NCBI GenBank assembly: GCA_002633005.1
Contig: NMRA01000421.1
Span: forward strand, 337,573-401,572
DNA: 64,000 bases
Reading direction: 5' to 3'
Source of the DNA: Phoronis australis
Taxonomy: Eukaryota; Animalia; Phoronida
The stretch's first letter is position 1. The number at the start of each line of letters is the position of its first letter. The position numbers and the translations under genes were made by a program. This document shows, one piece after another, positions 53,379 to 62,748 of the stretch. The notes under the pieces were generated by a model. It had not been told where the DNA came from, made no database searches, and was given only the letters and a program-made list of their open reading frames with translations.

Positions 53379-53536
53379 CTCGCTGGTTCCCTGCGTGCCG
53401 CTAGGTGGCAGCCAGCACGCAGGTATCATCATCAATAATGAGACAAATATAATATATGTAGCATGTAGCTCATTGGTGATACCTGCGTGCTGGCGCGGCT
53501 ACCGCCCCACCTAGCGGCACGCAGGGAACCAGCGAG
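53379..53536. mobile_element. ~160-bp MITE sharing termini with the 43969 foldback element
   Basis: ctcgctggttccctgcgtgccgctaggtgg...ccacctagcggcacgcagggaaccagcgag. Confidence 0.85.
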
Positions 53537-53588
53537 CAGGTGGCAATGAATTCATCTCATTGGGCCAAACACGGAAGGGAATTCACAT

Positions 53589-54190
53589 TGTTACCTGAAT
53601 ACTCAGGGGTAACTGTTGGTCATGTGATTTGCGTCAAATTACTGGTAAGTTGCGTGAATAATATTGCGAATACTTTTATATAATCTAGAATGAAAAGCAG
53701 TAACTAAACTAGCCAGCCAGCTAGCTGTATGAAGACTGTCATCAAAATACAGCTTTGTAGCCTTTGTACCAAGCTATCAAGGCTTAAAAGTAGGCCTAAA
53801 CAAGAAATAAGTAAGTAAAGGTTTATGTCACCTTGGAATGGACTGGTTTCTAATATGTTTACTTGAGTTGTTTGACTATGAGTGAACAAATTTTAGGACT
53901 CAATTGTTGGCTTAGGCAACACGTATATTGTTAGCTTTGCTGTATCACAAGTGGTTGAATCAACACGATTTGGTTTGCACTCTGTCCACTTGCCTAGAGT
54001 AGAAGTAAGCTGTATTCAGACCAACTTACTGCACTACAACTGTAAGTCTAATTGTTTCCATCCACACAGTGACGTGAGTGACAAATTGAAACTGTTGTAA
54101 ACTAAAGTTTTATCCACTAGTCGTCAGTGTTATTCACATTGCCTTCAGATTCCTCCAAGTTAGTGCCTGAGTGCACCTTTGGTAGCAACA
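53589..54190 (+). mobile_element. Possible solo LTR (~600 bp)
   Basis: TGTT...AACA termini with mirrored actcagg/cctgagt, imperfect 6-bp flanks tcacat/ccacct; no PBS follows. Confidence 0.35.
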
Positions 54191-54349
54191 CCACCTATAG
54201 ACAGTGACCATCGTCTAGCTGGCTCAGTAGGGATGGTGTTGCTCCTAGGCCATAGTAGACATAGGCAATGACCATCGCCTCTGTTGGCCCTAGACAGTGA
54301 CCACCATCTCTAGCTGGCTCAGTATGAGACGGTTTTGTGCCTTATGGTA

Positions 54350-54980
54350 GGTAAAAGCCATCACGGATATGCCGTACCCAGAAACTATAAAGCAGGTACA
54401 AACTCTCCTTGGAATGGTCACATATGTTTGTAAATATCTGAAAAACCTGTCTTCAGTCATCGAGCCATTGAGGAGTCTGATTAAAGAGTCAAATGAACCG
54501 CAGTTTCAGTTTCACTTTGATGAAGTGCACAAAACCGCATGTGACAAATTGCGTAAGATGCTGATAACAGCACCTGTGTTAAAATTCTACGAGTATGATA
54601 AACCAGTTACTATTTCCTGTGATGCTAGCCAGTCAGGGTTAGGCTATGTCTTGATGCAAGAGGGCTCTCCAGTCGCATATGGATCTAAAGCGTTGACTGA
54701 TGCAGAATATGCATATGCCCAGATAGAAAAGGAGCTATTGGCGATAGTGTGCGCGGTCAGAAAATTTCACACTTACATATATGGCAAGTTGGACGTAACC
54801 ATTGAAACTGATCATGCTGCCTTGCAACAAATTCTACAGAAACCATTATACCAAGTCTCGTTGCGGATGCAAAAAATGCGAATGCGATTACAAGGGTATG
54901 ACTTTAAACTTCAGGTCAAGAGGGGAACAGAAATTCCCGTGGCAGATGCCTTGAGTCGAGCTTACTTACTTGACACTGAT
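54350..54980 (+). pseudogene. Ty3/Gypsy pol fragment (RT connection and RNase H)
   Basis: LLGMVTY...PLRSL...APVLKFY...ISCDASQSGLG...PVAYGSKALT..E..YAQIEKELLAIV...FHTYIYG...ETDH...ADALSR; no RT core, integrase or paired LTRs. Confidence 0.9.
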
Positions 54981-55216
54981 CGCTCCACCGATTCCCGTTA
55001 CACTTATAACAACTTTTTAATCAGTAGGAGGCATACTTTGCAGAAAAGCTTCCGGGGTATGAACCGCCTATAGGAGTTACATCGTCTCTACTGAGCCAGC
55101 TAAAGATGGTGGTCACTGTCCACCTACTGAGTTATAACTTTTACTTGGTAATAATTAATAAAAAGGGTTATAACCTCTACTGACGCTACACCACTCTCAC
55201 TCTTAAGCTGTGCTAC

Positions 55217-55348
55217 CATGGGCGGCGCACCATAGGGGGCTGGGGGCTATAGCCCCCACTTATTTCAGTGCTATGCCGCCCATGGACATGAGTGGCATGC
55301 ACCATAGGGGGGTGGGGGCTATAACTCCCCAATTATTTCATACCCATG
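55217..55348. mobile_element. Tandem pair of mini-MITEs (CATGGGCGGC...GCCGCCCATG)
   Basis: First unit has 10-bp TIRs, second is a degenerate copy; the pair is flanked by GCTAC direct repeats. Confidence 0.55.
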
Positions 55349-56023
55349 GCTACAGGTACACACACATAGTGTTCAGACTGATAGTTAAATCTGTTGTAAA
55401 AGTAACCTCTGGTGTGAACCGGGTATTTCACTGAAAGCGCTAATTGCCTCCCTCTCCGAGTTCTTTCAGTCTCCTCAGTGAGGAAATTAATCAGAACAGG
55501 GCCACTTTGGAGCATAGTAGCTATCTTATTAGTTCCGTGGTTCAAATTTAAAACCACACATGATGCTATTACTCGACCATATTTCTAAAACAAGTGCAGC
55601 TGGGAACTGCAAAATGGATGCATTTGTAGGAAAATGCCATAAAAATCGCGTTTTGTAGAGTTTGTTGAAAAACCATCACTTTTTGTAGGATTAATTACAA
55701 CTGGAACTAAATAACCCCTTGTAGGGTCTTGGGGATCCTCTTAACGTGTAAAGGTGATATATTTATTCAAGAATACACAGAACATACTTGGAAAATAATG
55801 ACAAATCCAGAAATGATGAGACATTGTGTCTGGGTTGTATACAGTATGAAAGTACCCCTCAACTAAATAACGGGCATACTGTGTGTAAGTGACTATTTTG
55901 ATGTAACAGACACTAATAGTTGGTTTACATCCAATTAAACTAATTACCCCCTGTTGTGGCCAATACATCATTCAAACTCCACCCCATTTGCTATCTCCTT
56001 TCATATAGTCTTGCCGTTTGAAA

Positions 56024-56565
56024 ACCAGGTGGGGCAGCTATTGGATGTTGGATGTCAACTAACTAGCTACCGGACTCTCCCTCTGGATAGCTTTAATGTT
56101 TGACCACCAGGTGGGGCAGCTATTGGATGTTGGATGTCAACCAACTACTCAGCCTCTCGTTCAGTAACGCTAGGACCTCGCTAAAAAGCAAGACTTCGCG
56201 AGATTACGTGTGATGTTGCCGTGCGTTTTAAATGAGAGCACGTGTCTTTGACTAGGTTTTAGCTAGGTCCTAGCGTAGGTCCTAGCGTCTACTGAACGCA
56301 CGCGAGCTATCTGTCTCTTTGGATAGCTTTAATAGTTGTCTACCAGGTGGGGCAGCTATTGGATGTTGGATGTCAACCAACTAACCAGCTGTCTGTCTCT
56401 TTGGATAGCTTTAATAGTTGTCCACCAGGTGGTGCAGCTAATGGATGTTAGATGTCAACCAACTAACCAGCTATCCCTTTGGATACCTTTAATGTTTGAC
56501 CACCAGGCGGGGCAGCCAACTAACCAACTATTTCTAGGAATAATTTTACAATTTGACCACAAGGT
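56024..56565. repeat. ~81-bp minisatellite interrupted by a MITE
   Basis: Unit ccaggtggggcagctattggatgttggatgtcaaccaacta...ggatagctttaat...; MITE at 56152-56303. Confidence 0.85.
56152..56303. mobile_element. MITE, inverted copy of the 21735 family
   Basis: Reverse complement of 21735-21884. Confidence 0.8.
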
Positions 56566-56599
56566 GTCGACAGTAGTAATGTGTACACCTAACTAGTTG

Positions 56600-57218
56600 G
56601 TTGGAGCCTCCATGTCTCAGTAATGATGTGTTTATCAATGGAGCCTCCGTGTCTCAGTAATGGTGTGTTTATCAATGGATCCTCCATGTCTCATTAAGAG
56701 TGTGCTTATCCATGGAGCCTCCATGTCTCAGTAATTATGTGTTTATCAATGGATAATCCATGTCTCAGTAATGTTGTGCTTATCCATGGAGCCTCCATGT
56801 CTCAGTAATGATGTTCTTATCAATGGATCCTCCATATCTCAGTAATGGTGTGTTTCATAGCGTAGAATTGCCGTGAGGACTTGACTGGGACCTCAGGGGT
56901 CTCACACTCCACTGATTTATCCACATTATTTTGAAAACGCTTTGCCCAGTCACACATTAGGTGTCATAAAACAGATAAGAATACCTGCAGCTGACGCAGC
57001 AAGTAGAACTATACTCTCGTTATCACATTGGTGTAGACTCACAGTTGAACTGTGGTTTTCTGTTGACCCCAGATCGTCTGGAGTTGCACCATATACCAAC
57101 TCTGGACGGTTTCTCACTACGATTTAGCATTATGTATCCATGGAGTCTCCATGTCTCAGTAATGATGTGTTTATCATATCAAAGGAGTCTCCATGTTTCA
57201 GTAATGGTGTGCTTATCA
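56600..57218. repeat. 37-bp minisatellite (about 7 + 2 units, with a ~280-bp interruption)
   Basis: Unit atggagcctccatgtctcagtaatgatgtgtttatca at 56600-56857 and again at 57139-57218. Confidence 0.9.
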
Positions 57219-58405
57219 AACGAGAACATTAATCATTTGCAAAGAAGATTATGCAGAACTGAGAATTATAAAGCTGTGTGAATATTCTCATCAGGTTGAA
57301 TCCTATAAGGCCTTTTTATACTAACATCGATGCGTCCATGTTTTGGGGAGTTGCGGTCAGTATGAATGGTTAACTTTGGTCCAAGGTGGAAGTTAACAGC
57401 GCCAGTTAACTTAGCTGTAAATAAGTGGATTTAACAGTGGAGCGTCGATGCTTTGGTGCAGTATGAATGGTCAACTTCGGTCGCCAGGTGCCACTGTTAT
57501 CATCATCAATTTTATTCCTCCCAGAATTCCCCCGAGTACTACCATGAGATACGGACATGCGCAAAGCGGACCATTCCACGGACTTATCTTCTAGAGGAAG
57601 ACGTGTTTTTCCTTTGGAAGGTTTTTTCGCGCAAGTTACACCGCGACCACGCTCAATTGCATAACTCTTTGCTAATGAGCATTTTCTTCTTATCAACTAT
57701 ATCATCATCTTGGAAGTTTTGGCCGACCGAGCTCACCGACTCTGTGTGACTCGACGGGCCACACAATGCCCGGTTTTACCGGCGCTGAGCATTACGACTC
57801 TCTATTGGCCTTATCGTATTTTCAGGCCTACCTGCTTTGGGGCTTCCGTGACTCGACACGGACCATGTGGAGTGGTTGATAGTTGTTCTATCCTCGTACG
57901 CTTAACTCTTTGCGTATTTAACACTCACATTTGGGCTTTTGGCACAGCGCACATGAGGCTCGCATGACTCATCAGTCAAGTATTTCTTTGTGTGCCTCAC
58001 TGTACTGACACGTTACGTCATACCCACGCACAGCTGTACATTGTTTACCACTTTGTACACGCCTTTGACCTTTGCACCGAATGTGCCCTCTTTGTGCTCG
58101 GCACTGTCGACGCCAGCGATCCTGACACTCTTTTGTTCGTCGGTTGCCATCGCTTCCCGGTTACACCCGGGTTTTTCGAGTTGCACTCGCTGCCCGCTCT
58201 AATCCCTGGGAACGCATCTTAGTCATTCACACATTATGCAGCGCGGGTTTTTACAGCCAATCCCGGCGCACTTGTGAGGTCACGTGCGGAGGTGGTTCGT
58301 TCCCACCAATCAGTTTCCACCCTCGGGTATTTAGGCATTTGCTGTTGCAGGCTCGGACATATCGCAGTTTTCGCCTGTTCGTAGCGCATCAGACAGCACT
58401 TCATC

Positions 58406-61400
58406 ATGCCGAAGGACTCCGCCGATAGGAAATCTGGATCAACTTCGATCGAGAAGCCCCCGAAGAAGACATCTTCAAGTTCAGTTACACTGCCGTCCAT
58501 CGATTCCCTGACGCGGGCTTCGTCGCCTGACCGTCAGCCGCCGCCGAGTGAACCGTCCACCACCGCCGCTTCAGCCACCGCCGCCCAGACTCCGGAACCC
58601 ACTACGGACCGGAGTTTATTCAATCCCCCGACGCTGATGCCGTCTTGGCCGCCCTTCTACGCGCCACCACCCCCACACATGGGCGGTTACCATTACTGGC
58701 CGCAACCTGTTCCCATGGAGGACTATGCGCACTTCGCTCCCTCCTCCGATTCTGAAGACGAGACAGCTTCCACCTCGCCACTTTCTGGAGCGCCTCTCCC
58801 CCACAGTGCTGAGCCGCCATTTGTCGGGTTGCTGGCGTCTCATTTGGCGGATCAGTCCGAGGAGCAAGCGCCGCCAGTATCGGACGCTGTTGCGTCCCTC
58901 GTCAACTCCCTATGGGAGCGGGGTAAGGCTTTCGATATAAAGCAGGCACACGATAACCACCCCCGGCCCGATAACATTACAGTCCACAAGACGGACTTGA
59001 ATGAAGAAATTGCTGACGTGGTGCAAAACCACAAAACTGTGAAATTTAAAGAGGGCCAGTTGAAATCTGCGCAGTCGGCAATAGCCAGGGCGGCCATTCC
59101 CCTGACTAAATTGGTGGACACCCTGATCACCACAGCTCCCAAACATCTAAACGCCAAGGACTTGGTGGACAACACTGTAGACGCGCTAGGTCTCCTGGGC
59201 TATGCTAGCGCGAAGATCAACTCCACTAGACGAGACATTATAAAGCCCCATCTCAACTCAAAGTACCATTCGGCACTCAACAAGGCCAGTGCCTCAGACA
59301 AGCTCCTGTTTGGAGACCAGTTGGGAGAGAAGTGCAAACAGGCCTCTCAGGCCCTTAATCTCGCCCGGACTCCCATGACTGCGAGACACTCTACACGCCG
59401 GCCGTCGCCCTACCCTGCCTCCTACAGACGGGCCTATCAGCGCCAGCCGCAACACGGCTATCGCCCTTTTTTAGGTGAGCATTCATTTGTACTGTCGAAT
59501 GCACCAAATTTTATGCGGGCGGCAGCTCGTAGTGGACATGTTTGTCAATCTGCTACTAATACTCTTGCATTGTCTCTTGACAGGCCAACAGTACACTCAA
59601 AAACGGCACCCACCACGGAAGCCAGCCACAGCCACCAGACAGACTGCCAACCGAAAATAGACTTATCTTCCGTAAGTAAAATATCCTTGGTCCTCTCTGA
59701 CCTTGAGACCTCCTTGGCCAGAGGGGTTAGTTACTGTGTCCCTAAGTGGCGTCAAATTACTAAGGATCCTCGCATACTGGCCATTGTCACCGGCTATGAA
59801 ATTGAATTTGACCTGCTTCCTACTCAAACACAACCAGGTACCAATGCAAAATTTTCGCCACTTGAACAACAGTTCCTGCGTAGGGAAATTCAATCCATGC
59901 TGGCTAAACAAGTCATTGAACGCTGTCCTCACTCTCCTGGACAATTTGTGTCTCCCGTTTTTCTTCGACCTAAGAAAGTTGCAAATGAGTTTCGGTTTAT
60001 CCTTAATTTGAAGACCTTAAACTCTTATGTTGCTTATCATCATTTCAAAATGGATACCTTTGAATCGGCACTTCGCTTAGTGACGCGGGATTGTTACTTT
60101 ATCAGTTTAGATTTGTCTGACGCTTATTATAGCATCCCAATAGCCAGGCATCATCGAAAGTACTTGCGATTCAGGCATGATGATGCGCTTTACCAATTTA
60201 CGGCTTTGCCAAATGGTTTAAGTTCAGGACCGCGTATCTTCACTAAGTTGCTTAAGGTGCCCCTGGCGGAACTTCGCCGCGTTCATGATGTCACTATAAC
60301 GGCCTACATAGATGACACCTTAATTGTGAATTCTGACCCTGACAAGTGTGAAAATGATGGGGTACTGACAGCCACATTACTACAAGATCTTGGTTTCACA
60401 GTCAGCAAAACTAAGAGCGTTTTGACACCTTCTCAGGAAATAGACTTTTTAGGGTTCCATATTGACTCGAGAACAATGACCGTCACTTTACCGCCCTCCA
60501 AAGCAGAGAAGCTTATATCTCTGCTTAATGATTTTTTATGTATGGATTGTATCTCTATACGGGATGTTGCAAAGTTAGTGGGTACATTACTGGCAACTCA
60601 CCCTGGCAATCGCTATGCGCAACTGTTTACAAAGCAGCTGGAAATCGACAAGAATGTTGCTCTGCAGCAATCCGGTCGTAACTTCGAGAGTGTCATGTCC
60701 CTTAGTCAACTTGCTTATCAAGATCTATCTTGGTGGACCACTAATGTTGCTCACTGCTTTGCTCCAGTGTACCTCGGTGACCCTGACTGTGTGTTCTACA
60801 CCGATGCTAGTTTACAGGGATGGGGTTGCAATATTCCTTCTCGGAATAAAACGTTTGGTGGGCGTTGGGATTACACTGAAGTTACTTGGCATATTAATGA
60901 GCTTGAACTCACTGCAGTTTATTATTCCTTACAATCTGTATTTGCAAACATGAGAAATATTCATTTACGGGTCATGACTGACAACACAACAACAATGCAG
61001 TGTATACGTCATCAGGGCTCTGTACACTCATATCGCTGTAACAAGGTTACCCGAAAAATCTGGCTCTGGTTAGTCGAGAGAAACATTTGGTTGTCAGCTG
61101 GCTTTTGCCCTGGTAAACAAAATGTCGCTGCAGACACAGCATCCAGGGTTTTCAAAGATGAAACCGAGTGGACATTACTTCCACATGTTTTTCGAAAAAT
61201 TTGCACAAAATTTGGGAACCCGTCCATTGATTTGTTCGCATCAAGACTTAATTATAAGGTGAAACCCTTTTGCTCTTGGCAACCAGACCCAGAAGCTGCA
61301 TTGGTGGATAGCTTTATGTGTCATTGGGGGAATTACAAATTGATTTATGCTTTTCCACCCTTCGCGATTTTGAATGCAGTCATTCAAAAATGGATTATGG

Positions 61401-61738
61401 ACGAGGCTGATGGTATTATCATTGTGCCCTTCTGGCCAACAAAGCCCTGGTTTACTATGATGACTCCCATGATCATAGGGACACCGTTTATCATTCCAGC
61501 TACTAATCATACTTTGGTTTTGCCTTCTAGACCTCAGGCCCGGCCCATGGACAAACTCTACCTGATGGTGACGCACTTGTCAGGCAGGCTCTACAGACAA
61601 AAGGATACAGCCCATCTGTCATCACCACCATCATGGCGTCCCGACGAAAGTCCTCTTCAGACCTCTACAGCTGCTACATCAAACAGTGGATTCTCTATTG
61701 TAGTCAGAGGGACATTGCTCCAGTGTTTGCACCTGTAG
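58406..61738 (+). CDS. DIRS Gag + RT + RNase H + Dam-like methyltransferase, one continuous frame on unspliced RNA (1110 aa)
   Basis: Gag-like region (RRDIIKPHL, LLFGD, PFLG); RT (FRFILNLK, LDLSDAYY, LPNGLSSGPRIFTK, YIDD); RNase H (TDAS, HINELE, TDN, NVAADTASR); MT (IDLFAS...YAFPPF). Confidence 0.92.
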   Translation: MPKDSADRKSGSTSIEKPPKKTSSSSVTLPSIDSLTRASSPDRQPPPSEPSTTAASATAAQTPEPTTDRSLFNPPTLMPSWPPFYAPPPPHMGGYHYWPQPVPMEDYAHFAPSSDSEDETASTSPLSGAPLPHSAEPPFVGLLASHLADQSEEQAPPVSDAVASLVNSLWERGKAFDIKQAHDNHPRPDNITVHKTDLNEEIADVVQNHKTVKFKEGQLKSAQSAIARAAIPLTKLVDTLITTAPKHLNAKDLVDNTVDALGLLGYASAKINSTRRDIIKPHLNSKYHSALNKASASDKLLFGDQLGEKCKQASQALNLARTPMTARHSTRRPSPYPASYRRAYQRQPQHGYRPFLGEHSFVLSNAPNFMRAAARSGHVCQSATNTLALSLDRPTVHSKTAPTTEASHSHQTDCQPKIDLSSVSKISLVLSDLETSLARGVSYCVPKWRQITKDPRILAIVTGYEIEFDLLPTQTQPGTNAKFSPLEQQFLRREIQSMLAKQVIERCPHSPGQFVSPVFLRPKKVANEFRFILNLKTLNSYVAYHHFKMDTFESALRLVTRDCYFISLDLSDAYYSIPIARHHRKYLRFRHDDALYQFTALPNGLSSGPRIFTKLLKVPLAELRRVHDVTITAYIDDTLIVNSDPDKCENDGVLTATLLQDLGFTVSKTKSVLTPSQEIDFLGFHIDSRTMTVTLPPSKAEKLISLLNDFLCMDCISIRDVAKLVGTLLATHPGNRYAQLFTKQLEIDKNVALQQSGRNFESVMSLSQLAYQDLSWWTTNVAHCFAPVYLGDPDCVFYTDASLQGWGCNIPSRNKTFGGRWDYTEVTWHINELELTAVYYSLQSVFANMRNIHLRVMTDNTTTMQCIRHQGSVHSYRCNKVTRKIWLWLVERNIWLSAGFCPGKQNVAADTASRVFKDETEWTLLPHVFRKICTKFGNPSIDLFASRLNYKVKPFCSWQPDPEAALVDSFMCHWGNYKLIYAFPPFAILNAVIQKWIMDEADGIIIVPFWPTKPWFTMMTPMIIGTPFIIPATNHTLVLPSRPQARPMDKLYLMVTHLSGRLYRQKDTAHLSSPPSWRPDESPLQTSTAATSNSGFSIVVRGTLLQCLHL
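59475..59583 (+). other. Candidate spliceosomal intron 1 of DIRS (109 nt) at the gag/pol junction
   Basis: TAG|GTGAGC donor, GCTACTAAT branch (59552-59560), pyrimidine-rich tract, GACAG| acceptor; removal gives a 381-aa Gag ending ...PFLGQQYTQKRHPPRKPATATRQTANRK*. Confidence 0.65.
59672..61530 (+). other. Candidate spliceosomal intron 2 of DIRS (1859 nt) removing pol
   Basis: TCC|GTAAGT donor (phase 0 in pol frame), GCTACTAAT branch (61499-61507), tttggttttgccttctag| acceptor; the YR frame opens at the first base after the acceptor. Confidence 0.65.
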
Positions 61739-62544
61739 GAGAGGGACTTTCTTTTCTCCAAACACTTGTCAACCATAATAAGGGCTACAGTGTCCTTAAT
61801 ACTGCCCGCTCTGCACTTTCTTCTGTTATGATTTTACCAGGCAATGAGACCTTTGGTTCTAATCCAGATGTAGTTCGTTTTATGAAGGGTGTTGCAAATA
61901 TGAACCCCCCTAGACCTCGTTATGTTGATACCTGGGACGTGAATGTAGTGTTAGATTTCCTAAAATCATGGGGTCCGGCTAAGTTGTTACCAATAGCGAA
62001 ATTAACTATGAAGACTGTTATGCTTATACTAATTCTCACCGGACAACGTCCGCAGATCATCTCTGCCCTTAACGTAGATTCCATGAACATTTCAGCCTCT
62101 AAATTTACCTTTACCATTGCAAGCAAGGATCTTAAACAAGGCCGTCTTAATTATAAACCTGAACTGTTACACCTGAAAGCTTTTCCGTCAGATAAGCGGT
62201 TGTGCATTTATCATTATTTGACTGTATACTTAAAACGTACTCTAGACTATCGGGGGTCATGTAAAGCACTATTTCTTACTGTTACTAGACCGTATAAAGC
62301 AGCCACAGGTGATACTGTACGGCGATGGATCCGAAACGTCTTATCGGAGGCTGGTATAAATGTCAATGTATATAAACCCGGTAGTGTTAGATCAGCTTCT
62401 GTTAGCAAAGCTAGTGTGTCTGGAGCCACTGTTGAGGAGATTATGAAGGCAGGTGGTTGGTCACGGCCTTCGACATTTAGCAAATATTACAAGAAACCTA
62501 TCAACAGAGAATCTAAAACCTTGGCAGAATTTGTATTGCATTAA
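61531..62544 (+). CDS. DIRS tyrosine recombinase (frame open from 61531; first ATG at 61633)
   Basis: N-terminal Y..LNTARSALS region; catalytic-type motifs TGQR, GSVR (H-x-x-R variant), GGW, KYY; overlaps the 3' end of pol in another frame. Confidence 0.93.
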   Translation, partial: TSGPAHGQTLPDGDALVRQALQTKGYSPSVITTIMASRRKSSSDLYSCYIKQWILYCSQRDIAPVFAPVGEGLSFLQTLVNHNKGYSVLNTARSALSSVMILPGNETFGSNPDVVRFMKGVANMNPPRPRYVDTWDVNVVLDFLKSWGPAKLLPIAKLTMKTVMLILILTGQRPQIISALNVDSMNISASKFTFTIASKDLKQGRLNYKPELLHLKAFPSDKRLCIYHYLTVYLKRTLDYRGSCKALFLTVTRPYKAATGDTVRRWIRNVLSEAGINVNVYKPGSVRSASVSKASVSGATVEEIMKAGGWSRPSTFSKYYKKPINRESKTLAEFVLH

Positions 62545-62625
62545 TTGTATATGTTGACCTACCAATACAAATTACTCGAACATTTGGTGTTGTTTGCTGT
62601 CCACTTTCTGTGATCAACTTTCAAG

Positions 62626-62748
62626 TCTCATGGTAGTACTCGGGGGAATTCTGGGAGGAATAAAATTATACAGTTAGACGAACTTACCTTAAGTGAAGGA
62701 TGACTGTAATTTTATGTATCCCCAGAATTCCCCCAGAGTGCTAACATG
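62626..62748. repeat. DIRS internal complementary region (ICR)
   Basis: 62626-62667 is the exact reverse complement of 57508-57549; 62664-62748 is the exact reverse complement of 62831-62915. Confidence 0.95.

Noticed and set aside
56600-56857. 37-bp repeats as a CRISPR array
   Set aside because: Units are head-to-tail with no unique spacers, there are no cas genes, and the DNA is eukaryotic.
59475-61530. Direct splice from the intron-1 donor to the YR acceptor as the route to recombinase
   Set aside because: It gives DLRPGPWTNST* in the 0 frame and the Pol tail in the -1 frame, not YR; only the 59672 donor is in phase.
58234-62483. Short antisense and alternative-frame ORFs within the DIRS element
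   Set aside because: Expected shadows of long coding frames; no recognisable motifs.
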